Source of the DNA: Bacillota bacterium
GTDB taxonomy: Bacteria; Bacillota; Clostridia; Christensenellales; Pumilibacteraceae
DNA length: 53,266 nt
Assembly: GCA_009787685.1 (NCBI GenBank)
Contig: WQSV01000001.1
Span: 1 to 53,266 of the forward strand
Direction of reading: 5' to 3'
Shown here one piece after another: positions 53,203-53,266 of this stretch (its first letter is position 1; every line of letters begins with the position of its first letter). The notes under the pieces are model-generated. The model had not been told where the DNA came from, searched no databases, and saw only the letters and a list, made by a program, of their open reading frames with translations. Position numbers and translations under genes: made by a program.

Positions 53203-53266
53203 TTTTAACTCCTTTTCCGATTTTTTATAAAATCAGAGCAGGGTTAAAAATTCGGACAAAAAAAAG

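Larger units (their letters stand above)
39595..53266 (-). mobile_element. integrated inovirus-like / rolling-circle element (integrase, HUH-SF3 Rep, MTase, Zot-like ATPase, surface proteins); the right end lies beyond the window
   Basis: Gene content is described below. There is an abrupt change of sequence character at about 39595 (a GT-rich stretch, AGGTC repeats). The integrase is the terminal gene. Confidence 0.7.

Overview
The window looks like a low-GC (about 38-40%) Firmicutes/Clostridia-type chromosome segment, judged from spo0A, the KOW gene between map and infA, and the gene order. No database search was possible, so every call rests on reading the ORF translations and the DNA by eye.

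Layout:
1. 1-3.2 kb: a CofE-like gene and spo0A on the + strand, followed by a tandem array of a dispersed double-hairpin repeat.
2. 3.2-23.0 kb: a complete S10-spc-alpha cluster on the - strand, 31 genes from rpsJ to rplQ, including secY, adk, map, the KOW protein, infA and rpoA.
3. 23.0-31.1 kb: an accessory stretch with a MATE/MOP-type transporter, a 3-gene ArsR-controlled Cys-rich operon and a 1282-aa DUF4011/Upf1-like helicase-nuclease. The cassettes are flanked by a repeated roughly 120-330 bp module.
4. 31.1-39.5 kb: histidine-utilisation genes (ftcD-like, hutU, hutH), a lipoprotein, asnS and two membrane proteins.
5. 39.6 kb to the window end: an integrated element of at least 13.6 kb. 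It carries a tyrosine integrase, a CRESS-like HUH+SF3 Rep, a DNA methyltransferase, a Zot/pI-like ATPase, small hydrophobic and large surface proteins, and several frameshifted genes. It is most simply read as an inovirus-like prophage.

Most unusual observations:
- Almost every intercistronic spacer of the ribosomal-protein cluster is expanded to 90-160 bp. Each holds a long hairpin whose arms are inverted tandem heptamers (GCATAAT, GCATAAC, GCAGAAT, GAATAGT, GAATATG and others), with up to 32 bp of perfect pairing and a recurrent loop motif.
- A second, distinct GGGTCGAAGACCC double-hairpin repeat family marks operon ends and shows compensatory changes.
- Several ribosomal proteins carry long K/A/P/E-rich extensions; L5 has about 195 extra N-terminal residues.
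- A canonical A_AAA_AAA -1 slippery site would fuse a 195-aa prophage protein to a stand-alone MutS domain I.
- Two paralogous roughly 180-nt elements have a shared closing helix and a variable core, and may be sRNA genes.
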